Source: Spirochaetia bacterium
GTDB lineage: Bacteria; Spirochaetota; Spirochaetia; UBA9216
Assembly (NCBI GenBank): GCA_963675665.1
Contig: OY776510.1
Span: 448,001-512,000, forward strand
Length of the DNA stretch: 64,000 nucleotides
Direction: 5' to 3'
The translations under genes were made by a program, and so were the position numbers. Under the pieces are notes generated by a model that was not told the origin of the DNA, searched no databases, and saw nothing but the letters and a program-made list of their open reading frames with translations. The number at the start of each line of letters is the position of its first letter. The first letter of the stretch is position 1. This document shows, one piece after another, positions 49,036 to 59,118 of this stretch.

Positions 49036-50481
49036 CTAAATCTCCACAGCATTAACTGCATTTCTCTCATCAATTTTCTGTCGGATCTCATTATGACGTT
49101 TTTCGTTAATATCATATTTTATTGTGGCAAAGATTCCAATGGCGAGATATAACGTATTACCGAATGCCATGATCATCCTAATCGCATTCAGCGCAGATGC
49201 TGGTTGTACACTTCCTCCTGTATAACCTGCTTTTTGAAGAATGAACATAACAGGAAGTAATCCGATTGCAGTTGCTATCTTTCCAACCATACTCCATGTT
49301 CCATACAGCAGGCCTTCACGCCGCTGCCCGGTAACAAGTTCATCCAGGTCAGCCACATCAGCAAGCATAGAAGCCGGAAGAATATGATTGCTTCCCCAGC
49401 CCATACCGCCGATAAAAAACGTGAGAAGCGGCAGCCAGATGGGTACTGTTTGCGGATAAAACACAAATGGTACAAATCCTAAAATCCATGCCACCAGGCT
49501 GACAATGTGAGCAAAACGTTTGCCTTTTCTTTTCACAATGCGACTAAAGAAAGGAGTTGCTGCTGCCCAACCGCCACATAAGGCTACCGCAAACGCAGAC
49601 ATAATCATATCCGTCCGCCCCAACCAATATGTCACGTAGTAGATAATAAAGCTTTCAAGTGTTATGCATCCTATCTTGTATACAAAATAAATTACATTTA
49701 CCCAACGAAACGGTTTGTTCTTAATCAGGGGCAGAAGCATTTCCTTTATGCCATATTTTTTTTGAGGTTTTTCGAGTATAGCACGTTCTTTAACCTTGAA
49801 AACAAGTGGAAGAACGACAAGGCCGCTGACTAAAGCCATAGACAGCCCCATCATGGTATAGCCTTTTCGCGCATCACTCATTGAGGTAATAATCATTAAG
49901 GGGATGACTGCCGCAACACACGAAAATACCATACCGATCAACTCACGGATATTTGATATACTTGTCCGTTCGTTATAGTCGGTAGTCAATTCAATGCCCA
50001 GCGAATAATAGGGAACCGTAACAACAGTGGCCGCGGTTGTAAACATAAAGAATATAAAACCATAGTACCATACAGTAACCGTAGCATTGCTGAACATAAT
50101 TGGAACCCATAACAGACAGAAAAACACACTGGTCGGAATTGTACCCCATGCAATATAGGGGATACGGCGTCCCCATTTCGATTTAGTCCTGTCCGAAATT
50201 ACGCCCATTATAGGATTATTAATAGCATCCCAAAGTCGCGGTACCATTACGACGATTGATGCGGCGATAGGTGATATCTTGACAATATCCGTAAGATAAA
50301 AAAGAAAAAATGTTCCAAGAACCGCATAGGTTAAGCCTTCGTTTCCCCTGCCAAGACCGTAAATGAACTTTTTCCAAAATGAGATCTTGCCGGAAAAGCT
50401 CTCACTCTCATTTTGGGTCGAGTTGAACTGTTTCTTTTCCAAAGTAACCACACCCTTTCCAGTTTCATTCCATCGGGACAC
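49036..50481 (-). CDS. GPH-family (MelB-like) glycoside:cation symporter
   Basis: WDAINNP.MG.ISDRTKSKWGRR.P, ERTSIS, RREG; start may be TTG 50442. Confidence 0.9.
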   Translation of the reverse strand: MSRWNETGKGVVTLEKKQFNSTQNESESFSGKISFWKKFIYGLGRGNEGLTYAVLGTFFLFYLTDIVKISPIAASIVVMVPRLWDAINNPIMGVISDRTKSKWGRRIPYIAWGTIPTSVFFCLLWVPIMFSNATVTVWYYGFIFFMFTTAATVVTVPYYSLGIELTTDYNERTSISNIRELIGMVFSCVAAVIPLMIITSMSDARKGYTMMGLSMALVSGLVVLPLVFKVKERAILEKPQKKYGIKEMLLPLIKNKPFRWVNVIYFVYKIGCITLESFIIYYVTYWLGRTDMIMSAFAVALCGGWAAATPFFSRIVKRKGKRFAHIVSLVAWILGFVPFVFYPQTVPIWLPLLTFFIGGMGWGSNHILPASMLADVADLDELVTGQRREGLLYGTWSMVGKIATAIGLLPVMFILQKAGYTGGSVQPASALNAIRMIMAFGNTLYLAIGIFATIKYDINEKRHNEIRQKIDERNAVNAVEI

Positions 50482-52117
50482 AAGCCCCTCCAGTTGTTCT
50501 CTTAATAGATATTGAATTATCGGTTCGCACGTTTACCAAATACGGCTTATCAGATGCCAGCATCCGATCGAGCGCTGCGCTTAGTTCACTGAATTTCGTT
50601 ACCAGCTCACCCTTGCCACCGAGGCCTTCAAGCATTTTATGATAGAGGATTTCGTTTAGTTCGGTTCCCTCACCCTTGGCATAACCATAGATTCTCATAA
50701 AGAAATTCTGAATATTGCCCCAAGCAGAGTCGTTGGCTACAACAATTTTCACGGGGACATCGTAGCGAAGTGCTGTATTCATTTCCATAGCTGAAAACCC
50801 TAATGAACCATCACCCGTAACCAGCACAACTTGCTTATCGGGATAAGCCATCTTGAGTGAAATAGCAGCTGGCAGACCATAGCCCAGATGACCAAGTGTC
50901 GGTGGGAATGACAAGCCGTTTGTTATATTGGAATTCATGTACCAACCCGAATGAAATGACGTTTCACCCCCGTCAGCAACAACGATCGCATCTCCATTCA
51001 GTTTTTGATTAACTGTCACACATAGATCAATTAAGTCAATAGACTCTTTTGGAAGCTTACCAACGCTCGCTATATGTGCTTTGGCAACGGGATTGTAAAA
51101 CTCTGGCGGCCAACCCTGCATTTTTTTTGACGGGTTGTAATTTTTTAGACAGTCCAGCATTTGGATCAACACCATTTTTAAATCTCCAACAATGCCTATA
51201 TCCGCACAACGGTTATGACCGATTTCCGAGGCATCAATGTCAACCTGTATAAGTTTCGAGTTGGCTGGAATTAACGGATCCTTGCCGAAATTAAGACTCC
51301 AGTCAATTTGCGTACCAAGAACCATGATCACATCAGCCTGTGTCAACGCATATATCGGAGCAGCATTTTTACTATTATCGGGCACAATACCGCGTGCAAA
51401 TTTCCACGTCGCGGCCGGAACACCGCTTTTTTCACAGAAGTCGTTTAGCTCTTTTTCTGCATCAGCATAAATAGCGCCGGTACCTACCAGAAGCATTGGA
51501 CGCTGTGCGTTCAACAATAGTGACAGGGCTTCTTCTACCAACTTTGGATCGCCGAACGGCTTCGCTTTCGTGCGGTAACGCAATTCAGGAAGTTCATCCT
51601 CTTCGATTTTATATTCTTCCTCTGTAGCAATGTTTTTGGGGATATCCAAAAATGTTACACCAGGGCGGCCGCTTGTTGCCATACGAATGGCCGTTCCCAC
51701 CATTTCTGGAATGCGGTATGCATTGTGAACAGTCTTTGCCCATTTTGTAATCGGCTGTACAATCGCGAGTTGGTCCAGCTCCTGCGCGTCTTCCATATCC
51801 TCCGTTAATTCGGATGAACGTCCGGATAACACGACAACCGGCGACTTTGCTTTATATGCAGCAATCATACCCGGTACTGCATTTGCAACACCAGGGCCTG
51901 CAGTAACGAGCACTACACCAATATGGTGTGTTGCACGCGCCCACGCTTCCGCCATATGAACGGCGCTTTCTTCATGATGTGTACCAATAAACTCGATACC
52001 GCTATTCACAATACCTTTAATCATGGTCGCGACATGTCCGCCGCAAAGACCAAACACACGAGTAACCCCCTCTTGCTTTAGTACTCGACCTATAAGTTCT
52101 CCTGCATAGACTTTCAT
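50465..52117 (-). CDS. Thiamine-diphosphate-dependent enzyme (ALS/2-hydroxyacyl-CoA lyase-like)
   Basis: FGLCGGH, HHEESAVHMA, TAGPG, GDGSLGF...NDSAWG. Confidence 0.88.
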   Translation of the reverse strand: MKVYAGELIGRVLKQEGVTRVFGLCGGHVATMIKGIVNSGIEFIGTHHEESAVHMAEAWARATHHIGVVLVTAGPGVANAVPGMIAAYKAKSPVVVLSGRSSELTEDMEDAQELDQLAIVQPITKWAKTVHNAYRIPEMVGTAIRMATSGRPGVTFLDIPKNIATEEEYKIEEDELPELRYRTKAKPFGDPKLVEEALSLLLNAQRPMLLVGTGAIYADAEKELNDFCEKSGVPAATWKFARGIVPDNSKNAAPIYALTQADVIMVLGTQIDWSLNFGKDPLIPANSKLIQVDIDASEIGHNRCADIGIVGDLKMVLIQMLDCLKNYNPSKKMQGWPPEFYNPVAKAHIASVGKLPKESIDLIDLCVTVNQKLNGDAIVVADGGETSFHSGWYMNSNITNGLSFPPTLGHLGYGLPAAISLKMAYPDKQVVLVTGDGSLGFSAMEMNTALRYDVPVKIVVANDSAWGNIQNFFMRIYGYAKGEGTELNEILYHKMLEGLGGKGELVTKFSELSAALDRMLASDKPYLVNVRTDNSISIKRTTGGACVPME

Positions 52118-52141
52118 ATAAATGCTCCTCCTTTAATATTG

Positions 52142-53194
52142 TTATTTTATTTTCGCTCTACGTTCCTGAATGGTTTTGAGCGCATTCTTCCACGCAGACT
52201 CAAACTGTGAACGAAATAGTACAACTGCACCAAAATCTTCATATTCTTCGGGCTGCAGCGAACCAAGCATATACGCGCGTTTAAAATCCTCAACCTTGTT
52301 TATTAACTCGTCTTCGACGGAGAGGGGAACCGGCATAAAGAAACGTTGTACAACCGGTGGGTTCTGATCAACCAGCTTATCGGCGGTACCTTCCCAGTTG
52401 ATCGTAACGATTGCATCAGCACCCACCATCTCTGTAAAATGATGAAGGCCACGTGCGCCGCCGCCAATGAACCGAAGGTTGCATTTGCGTTCCTTAACCA
52501 TCCAATAGCATTTTCTTGCAACGGTCATACCGGCCTGACACATTAAATCTGAAGAAATATCAATATTGTTTTCTTCAATGAAATTGTGTAGATGCTCATC
52601 ATAAATACCCGTTATGACCGAATAATACATATGCGCAGGATTCTTGATTCTCTCACATGCTTCCTCGTACAGCTTAAGCACCGTCATTACCTGATCAACA
52701 GTCATGATCTCGGTTGTATTAATAGGTACACGCTCAGGAGCAAGCTCCTTGATCGCTGCGATGCCGCCCTCAACGACCGGAATTTTTGCAGTCATGTTGG
52801 GCAGATTCTCCGTATTATATCTTGCGCATTCGACTATAGTGTCGACCGACTCATCGAACGGATCGCCCTGTATGCTGACATAACCGTCTTCACCATGGCT
52901 TTTTTCATAAATATCCATGAAAATATTCGCAATGCCTTCGACCAATTCCCGTTGCAGCTTGATCAGGGCTTGGTTGTCATCCGGTTCTGATCGTAGAATT
53001 ATATCCAGCTTCTCGAAAACATATGGCCGCTCCTCCTCATTGTTCATCATTTTCCATACATAGGACGGATTTTGTGTACAGCCGACCGCCCCGGCCTCGA
53101 TGGCTTCTTTTGCTTGTAATCGTGAAACATTGTTGATCCACATGCGTGTAGGTGTCTGCGTATGGACGCGATGGAAATAACCATCTTGTTTCAT
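52142..53194 (-). CDS. Transaldolase-family protein (atypical WINN subgroup)
   Basis: GCTQNPS, GYVSIQ, NMTAKIP (Schiff-base Lys), INTT. Confidence 0.82.
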   Translation of the reverse strand: MKQDGYFHRVHTQTPTRMWINNVSRLQAKEAIEAGAVGCTQNPSYVWKMMNNEEERPYVFEKLDIILRSEPDDNQALIKLQRELVEGIANIFMDIYEKSHGEDGYVSIQGDPFDESVDTIVECARYNTENLPNMTAKIPVVEGGIAAIKELAPERVPINTTEIMTVDQVMTVLKLYEEACERIKNPAHMYYSVITGIYDEHLHNFIEENNIDISSDLMCQAGMTVARKCYWMVKERKCNLRFIGGGARGLHHFTEMVGADAIVTINWEGTADKLVDQNPPVVQRFFMPVPLSVEDELINKVEDFKRAYMLGSLQPEEYEDFGAVVLFRSQFESAWKNALKTIQERRAKIK

Positions 53195-53277
53195 TGTTGT
53201 TGCTCCTTTCTATTTGTTGATATTGATTTTCGGATTGCTACAAAACTTGTTGCCTAAAACCATTGACATCTTCGTCT

Positions 53278-53436
53278 AAAACAGATTATACTCTGTTTTG
53301 TTATAGAAACATAACACGCTCTATAACGGTTGTCCAGCATTTTTTGGACAAAAAAAGGATTATTACTAAAAACTGTAGATAGTCCGTTAGCAATAGTCCA
53401 TCTGTTGTTATATATAAACAGATTGCTCTCCGTTTT
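53278..53436. promoter_or_regulatory. Two related operator boxes in the divergent region
   Basis: AAAACAGATTATACTCTGTTTT (53278-53299, overlapping a TTGACA..TATACT promoter) and AAACAGATTGCTCTCCGTTTT (53416-53436). Confidence 0.65.
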
Positions 53437-53487
53437 GCTTTATGTAATAATGGATTCATAAAACAAATAAGCAAAGGAGAATCATTA

Positions 53488-54102
53488 ATGGCATCAGCCG
53501 AAAAGGGAACCACAGTAAAGGGCAGACAAACCAAGGAGCGAATCATTACCGAAACCATGAAACTGATCAATCAAAAAGGTTATGAACAAACAACACTTGT
53601 AGACATCTGTCAGGCAGCCGATGTATCCAACGGAGCATTTTATCACTATTTTAACTCTAAACAGGATATCCTGCTGGGTTACCTTGAAAAGGAATCTCAA
53701 GATCTGGATAATTATTATAATGCACTCAAGAAAGATTCCTATATCGACGTTTTATATAGCGTGATATCTTATCAGGTTACTTATTATATTATTAAGGGTC
53801 AGGATTCTATTTCTAACCTTTTTTCAACAATGTTGCTTTCCAAAAGAAACTTCTTTTTTCTTGAGGATTATGTAGGCATGCGCATACTAAGAGATTGTTT
53901 TGAAAACGGGCAGAAGAATGGTGAGTTTCGTACTGATATTGATTTTGGCTCCATGGCATATTCGATTTTCAGTATAATATATATGGTCGTTTCGTCATGG
54001 TGTATGGACGAAGGAAGCTTTGATCTTTTTACAATGATGAGCGAGCGGATTGTGCCACTCGTAAACGTATATACTGAAAAACCAAGCCATTCTGATAAGT
54101 GA
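53488..54102 (+). CDS. TetR/AcrR family regulator
   Basis: TKERII...KGYEQTTLVDICQAADVSNGAFYHYFNSK. Confidence 0.92.
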   Translation: MASAEKGTTVKGRQTKERIITETMKLINQKGYEQTTLVDICQAADVSNGAFYHYFNSKQDILLGYLEKESQDLDNYYNALKKDSYIDVLYSVISYQVTYYIIKGQDSISNLFSTMLLSKRNFFFLEDYVGMRILRDCFENGQKNGEFRTDIDFGSMAYSIFSIIYMVVSSWCMDEGSFDLFTMMSERIVPLVNVYTEKPSHSDK

Positions 54103-54157
54103 TCTTAAAGCGGAAGTTTTTACGACTATCGCTGTGAAATTAAAAAGAGAGGCAAAT

Positions 54158-54817
54158 ATGAACAAGAAAGTTGCAATTGTACACACGAGTCTCGTTTCCC
54201 ACAAGGATCTCAACGAGTTGTTCAAGAAATACGCGCCGGAAGCGGAGATTGTTAACATCGTTGATGACAGTCTGCTCGCCGAAGTTGTAAAGAACGGCTG
54301 TGCCAACTGGCATACCGTCAACCGTCTTTGCAAGTACTTCGACGCTGCCGCTTCAATGGGTGTAGATCTAATCTTTAACCAGTGTTCGTCGGTGGGTGAA
54401 GCCGCCGAAATCGCGTCAAAAACTGTTGAGGTACCGTTCCTGCGCGTAGATGATGCCATGGCCGAGGAAGCCGTACGTCTTGGAAAACGAATCGGCGTGG
54501 TAGCGACTGTGGATTCAACAGTTAAACCCAGCTGCAATATTGTCAAATGCAAAGCGGCCGAAGCAAAAAAAGATGCAGAGGTTGTATCTTACCTAGTGTC
54601 TGGAGCCATGGAGATTCTTATGAAAGAAGGGCCGAAACGTCATAACGAGTACGTACTTAAAGAGATACAAAAATGTGAGAGAGAATGCGACGTCATCGTG
54701 CTGGCACAGGGGAGCATGGTTGCCATACTGCCGGAACTAGATATTATTAAAAAGCCGGTATTGACAAGTCCGGAGTTGGGCGTCAAAAAGGCAGTTAAAC
54801 TGCTGTATAACAGATGA
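54158..54817 (+). CDS. Asp/Glu/hydantoin racemase-superfamily protein
   Basis: AIVHTS, QCSSVG, RVDDAMA, VIVLAQGSM, VLTSP. Confidence 0.8.
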   Translation: MNKKVAIVHTSLVSHKDLNELFKKYAPEAEIVNIVDDSLLAEVVKNGCANWHTVNRLCKYFDAAASMGVDLIFNQCSSVGEAAEIASKTVEVPFLRVDDAMAEEAVRLGKRIGVVATVDSTVKPSCNIVKCKAAEAKKDAEVVSYLVSGAMEILMKEGPKRHNEYVLKEIQKCERECDVIVLAQGSMVAILPELDIIKKPVLTSPELGVKKAVKLLYNR

Positions 54818-55142
54818 ATAACACCCGGTTAATCCGAACTTTAAATCTATCCGGCGGAAGCTCCCTGGGAACGCTCAGCATCCCTCCAGTGACTATGGTA
54901 AGCAGAATAAAAACCCCGCCGGCAAAGAGAAACGGTATGCATACGCCGGGAAGAATCCCCGCTTTGTACAGGTTTTTTGCTTTAATTCCCGAAAAGACCG
55001 CCGCTGCAAAGGGCAGAAGCTTATGCACGGTAAATAGCAGCGTTCCGTAGGGCTTTCCGCCTCCGCTTAAGAAAAATCCGGAAATGAATGTCGAAACAAG
55101 AAGGATTCCGGTTACTATCGCAAAAGAGATTGATATATTCAC
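54795..55142 (-). CDS. Small membrane protein, possibly C-terminally truncated
   Basis: GTG start after GGGAGG; GKPY..LLFTVHKL, 3 TM helices; tail overlaps the convergent gene. Confidence 0.55.
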   Translation of the reverse strand: MNISISFAIVTGILLVSTFISGFFLSGGGKPYGTLLFTVHKLLPFAAAVFSGIKAKNLYKAGILPGVCIPFLFAGGVFILLTIVTGGMLSVPRELPPDRFKVRINRVLFICYTAV

Positions 55143-55384
55143 AGAATCCCTCCCGCGAAGACGGAGGCCGCAATAGTTATCTGCCTGTAATCGAGTCTCG
55201 AATAACTTTCCCTGATTCCTGCCCACACGGAAGATCCGATTACTACATTCGAATAATCATTGATGCTTATACGATCAGCTTTCTTTGCGTTTATCGTTTC
55301 ACAGTTTCCGATTCAGGGGGAAAGTTCTTTGGTGCATTTTTTCGTATATCCCTTTCGGGTTCCGAACACCACAAGAGTCATCAT
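55139..55384 (-). pseudogene. Flavodoxin-domain pseudogene
   Basis: Manual translation MMTLVVFGTRKGYTKKCTKELSP*IGNCETINAKKADRISINDYSNVVIGSSVWAG; in-frame TGA at 55313-55315; similarity lost after WAG. Confidence 0.72.
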
Positions 55385-55577
55385 TTACTCCATAAATATT
55401 GTTATTCGAGAGGAAACAGTCAATATCCTGGTATAAAAATTTTAGTACGGGTGAGCCTAAACAGTTCCCTTATGAAAACTTTACCGTTTATCAATGAAAG
55501 CCGATCCGCCTTTGTCGCAAACAAAACACAGAGAAGCTATAATATCGTAAAAAACAACATCAGAACTGCAAGACAAT

Positions 55578-55865
55578 TCAGTATTCCACCGAAAACCTGC
55601 TGAACGTTCCTTTGGGCTGCACACTGAATTTCTCAATCAAATCTATTCGTGAATATGAGGGCCCTCCCGCATCAAGCCATTTAAACAGCAGGTTGATTTT
55701 TTCTTCAGCTCCTTCACAGTAAATTTCCACCGACCCGTCCCGTTCATTACGGACCCAGCCGGTCAAGCCGAGACGCGACGCTTTCTGCAGCGTAGTGTAC
55801 CTGAAGCCGACCCCCTGAACCATTCCGGTTACGTTGATTCTGTATGCTCTCAACCTGTTATTCAT
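55578..55865 (-). CDS. acyP: Acylphosphatase
   Basis: GMVQGVGFR, GWVRNERDGSVE, GP. Confidence 0.95.
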   Translation of the reverse strand: MNNRLRAYRINVTGMVQGVGFRYTTLQKASRLGLTGWVRNERDGSVEIYCEGAEEKINLLFKWLDAGGPSYSRIDLIEKFSVQPKGTFSRFSVEY

Positions 55866-56550
55866 ATTCACTGAACCTCATATCATTCTCTTCATTGAAT
55901 GCGTCAAGGCCTGTCATCTTCTGTTTTATATCATTATACCTGAACCCGCGCCTTAAAAGATGGTTTATCAGTTTTTTGGGGTCTTTTGAACGTGTTCTTA
56001 AATATTTTTCGATACAGCGGGATAGAGCATCTTCGGTCCTCTCTTCATCAAGCAGCTCTTCGAGCACTGATTCAGCTATCGCACGATCCACCCCCTTGCG
56101 GGCCAAACCGGCAAGCAGGCTGCTGCGCCCCTCCGGGTGCTTTTTCAGCCGCGATTCAATCCACATTTCTGCAAATCGGTGATCATCGAGGTAGCCGCGC
56201 TTTTTCAGCAGATCAACCGCGGCCAGCGCAGTTTCATTATCGTAGCCTTTCCTGCGGAGCTTCAGTATCAGCTCATTTTCCGAATGTTCGCGAACGGCAA
56301 GATACTCCACCGCCTTGTCACGGGCGGCAAATACAGCTGAACGCATAAGAATCTCGTATAGCTCGTCTTGAGAAAACCCGGCCCCGGGACGCACCGAGAA
56401 TTCAATAGCTGCCTCCGGATGAATAAAAAAAGAGGAGCCGTCTGAAAAGCCGAATGATACGACCTCGCCGAATGCTCCTCTTCTGATATCGGTGACTTCG
56501 AGATTAACGTTTTGAGAACTGGAATTTTCTCCTTGCGCCTCTCTGTCCAT
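55858..56550 (-). CDS. recX: Regulatory protein RecX (start uncertain)
   Basis: [36 protein letters not shown]. Confidence 0.88.
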   Translation of the reverse strand: MDREAQGENSSSQNVNLEVTDIRRGAFGEVVSFGFSDGSSFFIHPEAAIEFSVRPGAGFSQDELYEILMRSAVFAARDKAVEYLAVREHSENELILKLRRKGYDNETALAAVDLLKKRGYLDDHRFAEMWIESRLKKHPEGRSSLLAGLARKGVDRAIAESVLEELLDEERTEDALSRCIEKYLRTRSKDPKKLINHLLRRGFRYNDIKQKMTGLDAFNEENDMRFSEYE

Positions 56551-56896
56551 ACTTCTTTCTCTCTACCATTCTTGGGTCACGGGTAAGGAATCCGTTAGCC
56601 TTAAGAGCTGTTGTATTTGATGCATCATGTTTCTGGAGAGCCCTGGCTATTGCGTGCCTGCATGCACCGGCCTGACCGGTAACCCCGCCGCCTTTGACAT
56701 TAATAACTATATCATACTTGGTAAGATTGTCAGTTACATCAAGAGGCTGTTTAACAATATAAACATTTGTAGGGTTTGCAAAATAATTATCAACATCCCT
56801 GCCGTTTACTGTAATTTTACCGCTGCCGCTTCTGAGGTAAACCCTCGCTACAGAGGTTTTTCTTCTTCCTGTGCCTAAAGCAAGATTTTCTGCCAC
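56504..56896 (-). CDS. rpsI: 30S ribosomal protein S9
   Basis: [31 protein letters not shown]. Confidence 0.99.
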   Translation of the reverse strand: MAENLALGTGRRKTSVARVYLRSGSGKITVNGRDVDNYFANPTNVYIVKQPLDVTDNLTKYDIVINVKGGGVTGQAGACRHAIARALQKHDASNTTALKANGFLTRDPRMVERKKYGQRGARRKFQFSKR

Positions 56897-56912
56897 TATT
56901 CAACTCCTGACC

Positions 56913-57338
56913 TTATACAATTACCGAGGGTTTCTGAGCTGCATGCGGATGTTCCGCACCCTCATAAACCTTGAGGTTTCTGAAAAGTTTTCTTCCCATG
57001 GGGCCTTTGGGGAGCATTCCCTTAACAGCCGCTTCTATTGGAAACGTAGGTTTCTTGATAAGCATATCACTGAACCTTTCAACTTTCAGTCCGCCGGGGT
57101 ATCCGGTATGTCTGTAATAAAGCTTGTCTTTAGCCTTATTACCGCTGACTTCTACCTTTTCCGCATTAATTATAATAACGAAATCGCCCAGTTCATGAAA
57201 AGGGACAAACTCCGGTTTATGCTTTCCTCTGAGCAGCTCTACAGCCTTGACAGCAACTCTTCCGAGCTTCTGTCCTTCTGCATCAATTACCCACCATTTG
57301 CGCTCTACATCTTTTGGTTTTACGTAAATCGTATCCAT
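56913..57338 (-). CDS. rplM: 50S ribosomal protein L13
   Basis: RKWWVIDAEG..LGR, LRGKHKP, YYRHTGYPGGLK, HPHAAQKP. Confidence 0.99.
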   Translation of the reverse strand: MDTIYVKPKDVERKWWVIDAEGQKLGRVAVKAVELLRGKHKPEFVPFHELGDFVIIINAEKVEVSGNKAKDKLYYRHTGYPGGLKVERFSDMLIKKPTFPIEAAVKGMLPKGPMGRKLFRNLKVYEGAEHPHAAQKPSVIV

Positions 57339-57544
57339 TTATCTGCCTTTAAAAAAATATCAAAATAAGTCGGAAGGTTTATTAAAGGTTCCGTCCCTAA
57401 TAAATCTTCCGGTAACGGGTGAACAGAATAATTCCATATTTGATTGATATTGTCAAGGCCGACGACCTTAACCCCTGTCTAAATAATTACAGCTTAGAGG
57501 TTTACTCACATATTGGTTATGCCCGGCCCCTGGTTATCTCTTCT

Positions 57545-57769
57545 TTACTGATCAGCTTCTTCTTCCGCCGCCTCTTTTTTGGCTTCCCGGACATCCTTGA
57601 TATCGGCTATTCCGACAAGAATTGCTATTATTCCTATAAAAACAGCAAGAAGAGGTATAAAACCCTTCAATACAAAAAGGATTTCCTTCCACCAACCAAG
57701 CCCGGGGGCGGGAATTGCGGCAAAAACAGCAAAGGCGGCAAGTATAATTCCTACTATCAAAGCTTTCAT
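57545..57769 (-). CDS. Small membrane protein (74 aa)
   Basis: AGGAGG before ATG 57769; two TM helices, GIADIKD and charged tail. Confidence 0.75.
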   Translation of the reverse strand: MKALIVGIILAAFAVFAAIPAPGLGWWKEILFVLKGFIPLLAVFIGIIAILVGIADIKDVREAKKEAAEEEADQ

Positions 57770-57856
57770 AAATCCTCCTGAGTCTGTTAAGGATATCCAA
57801 TTTACAACATTTCTACAATACTTGCCTTTATAGTTTTTTATTCGTATTTTTCGGTT

Positions 57857-58042
57857 ATGAAGGTGAAACTGGATAAACAATTATGCGTCGGCTGCGGATT
57901 ATGCGAGGAGAATCTCCCTGAAATTTTTAAAACCGGAGATTATACGGCCGAGCTGAAAACAGACAATGCAGATGAAAAAATCAGAAAACGTCTGGAAGAA
58001 ACGATAGAGGACTGTCCGGTCGGAGCCATCTCACTTGCATAG
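57857..58042 (+). CDS. Single-cluster ferredoxin
   Basis: CVGCGLC...CPVGAI. Confidence 0.9.
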   Translation: MKVKLDKQLCVGCGLCEENLPEIFKTGDYTAELKTDNADEKIRKRLEETIEDCPVGAISLA

Positions 58043-58071
58043 CAATCCTCCGACTGCCCCGGCAGAAGCGA

Positions 58072-58374
58072 TCACCATTTTCGGAATGTTCTTCTGAGCA
58101 TTATTATGAAAGCAATAATGAAAAACAGGTAAGGCAGATTTTCAAGAACTGTATTTATCCCCAGATACCCGTCTATTAAAACAATATCTTCTTCGACGAC
58201 TCCGAAAATACCGAATGTATCATACATTATCTGCCCGTACCGGAAAATAGTACCGACGACAATAAACATCCAGGCCGAATCTCTTGTTTTCGACCAGAGA
58301 ATAATAGCAAGAAAGGCCGCGCCTGCGCCGACAACAAGCCTACTTATAATAAAAACCAAACTTTGAGTATCCAT
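58072..58374 (-). CDS. Hypothetical membrane protein
   Basis: AFLAIILWSKTRDSAWM; 3 TM helices; coupled to upstream gene. Confidence 0.7.
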   Translation of the reverse strand: MDTQSLVFIISRLVVGAGAAFLAIILWSKTRDSAWMFIVVGTIFRYGQIMYDTFGIFGVVEEDIVLIDGYLGINTVLENLPYLFFIIAFIIMLRRTFRKW

Positions 58375-59118
58375 TTAACAGAATTCCTTTTCTATATCTT
58401 TTATCGGCTTTATTTCTCCCTTATTAAACAGGTATGGCGCACATGACGGAACTGAATAATCAGCGGACAGCAGAATCCCCCGTTCAAGAAAGGCGGAAAA
58501 AAGCGCCGGATAACGATCGGCGGGGACCGCCGGATACAGCCAGGGTCCGGTTCGGTTCCACAACGGCGAATTAAAGTTTTCCCAGATTTTAATATCCGCT
58601 TCCCTGAAAAAAGCCCCCAGATCGGCGGCCGCCCGGCACATTCCGCTCAGAAGATACTGCGGTACCGGATCAGGATCGGGAAGCTGCTGACACACCGTTT
58701 TCGAGGCGCAGACTATGCTGAACCCCCCGCTGCCGGGCAGCGGAAGCAGCAGTATAAACGGTTGATCTTCCGGAGGATTAATCTGCTCAAATGGTCTGTA
58801 AATATTCAGCGCCGTTCCGTCTGAAAGCTTCGATTTTCTTCCGGAATAAACAACCGAACAGCCTGCAATGCCGGGATAAAGCATCCGCAACTGCTTCAGC
58901 AGGCGCTTACCGTATACTCCGGGATAAGGCGCCAAAAGCCCCTTTTCCAACGCATTCTTCATCATCAGAACGGTCCGCCCCGGTTTATGACCAAGCAGGG
59001 CACGCCCGCCGTCAAGATTAAAATCAAGATATCGCCTTCCGTTGAAATCATACAGATGATAATCACGCGCCCGCCGGATCTGCGGTATCAGTTTATTCAG
59101 CTCAGTTCCATTCATCAT
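58375..59118 (-). CDS. Hypothetical protein with class-III aminotransferase-like N-terminus
   Basis: IRRARDYHLYD..GRRYLDF...G..LLGH; far shorter than a full aminotransferase. Confidence 0.65.
   Translation of the reverse strand: MMNGTELNKLIPQIRRARDYHLYDFNGRRYLDFNLDGGRALLGHKPGRTVLMMKNALEKGLLAPYPGVYGKRLLKQLRMLYPGIAGCSVVYSGRKSKLSDGTALNIYRPFEQINPPEDQPFILLLPLPGSGGFSIVCASKTVCQQLPDPDPVPQYLLSGMCRAAADLGAFFREADIKIWENFNSPLWNRTGPWLYPAVPADRYPALFSAFLERGILLSADYSVPSCAPYLFNKGEIKPIKDIEKEFC

Noticed and set aside
55313-55315. In-frame TGA as selenocysteine
   Set aside because: It is not at a Cys or redox position of flavodoxins and the gene is also truncated; a pseudogene is the simpler explanation.
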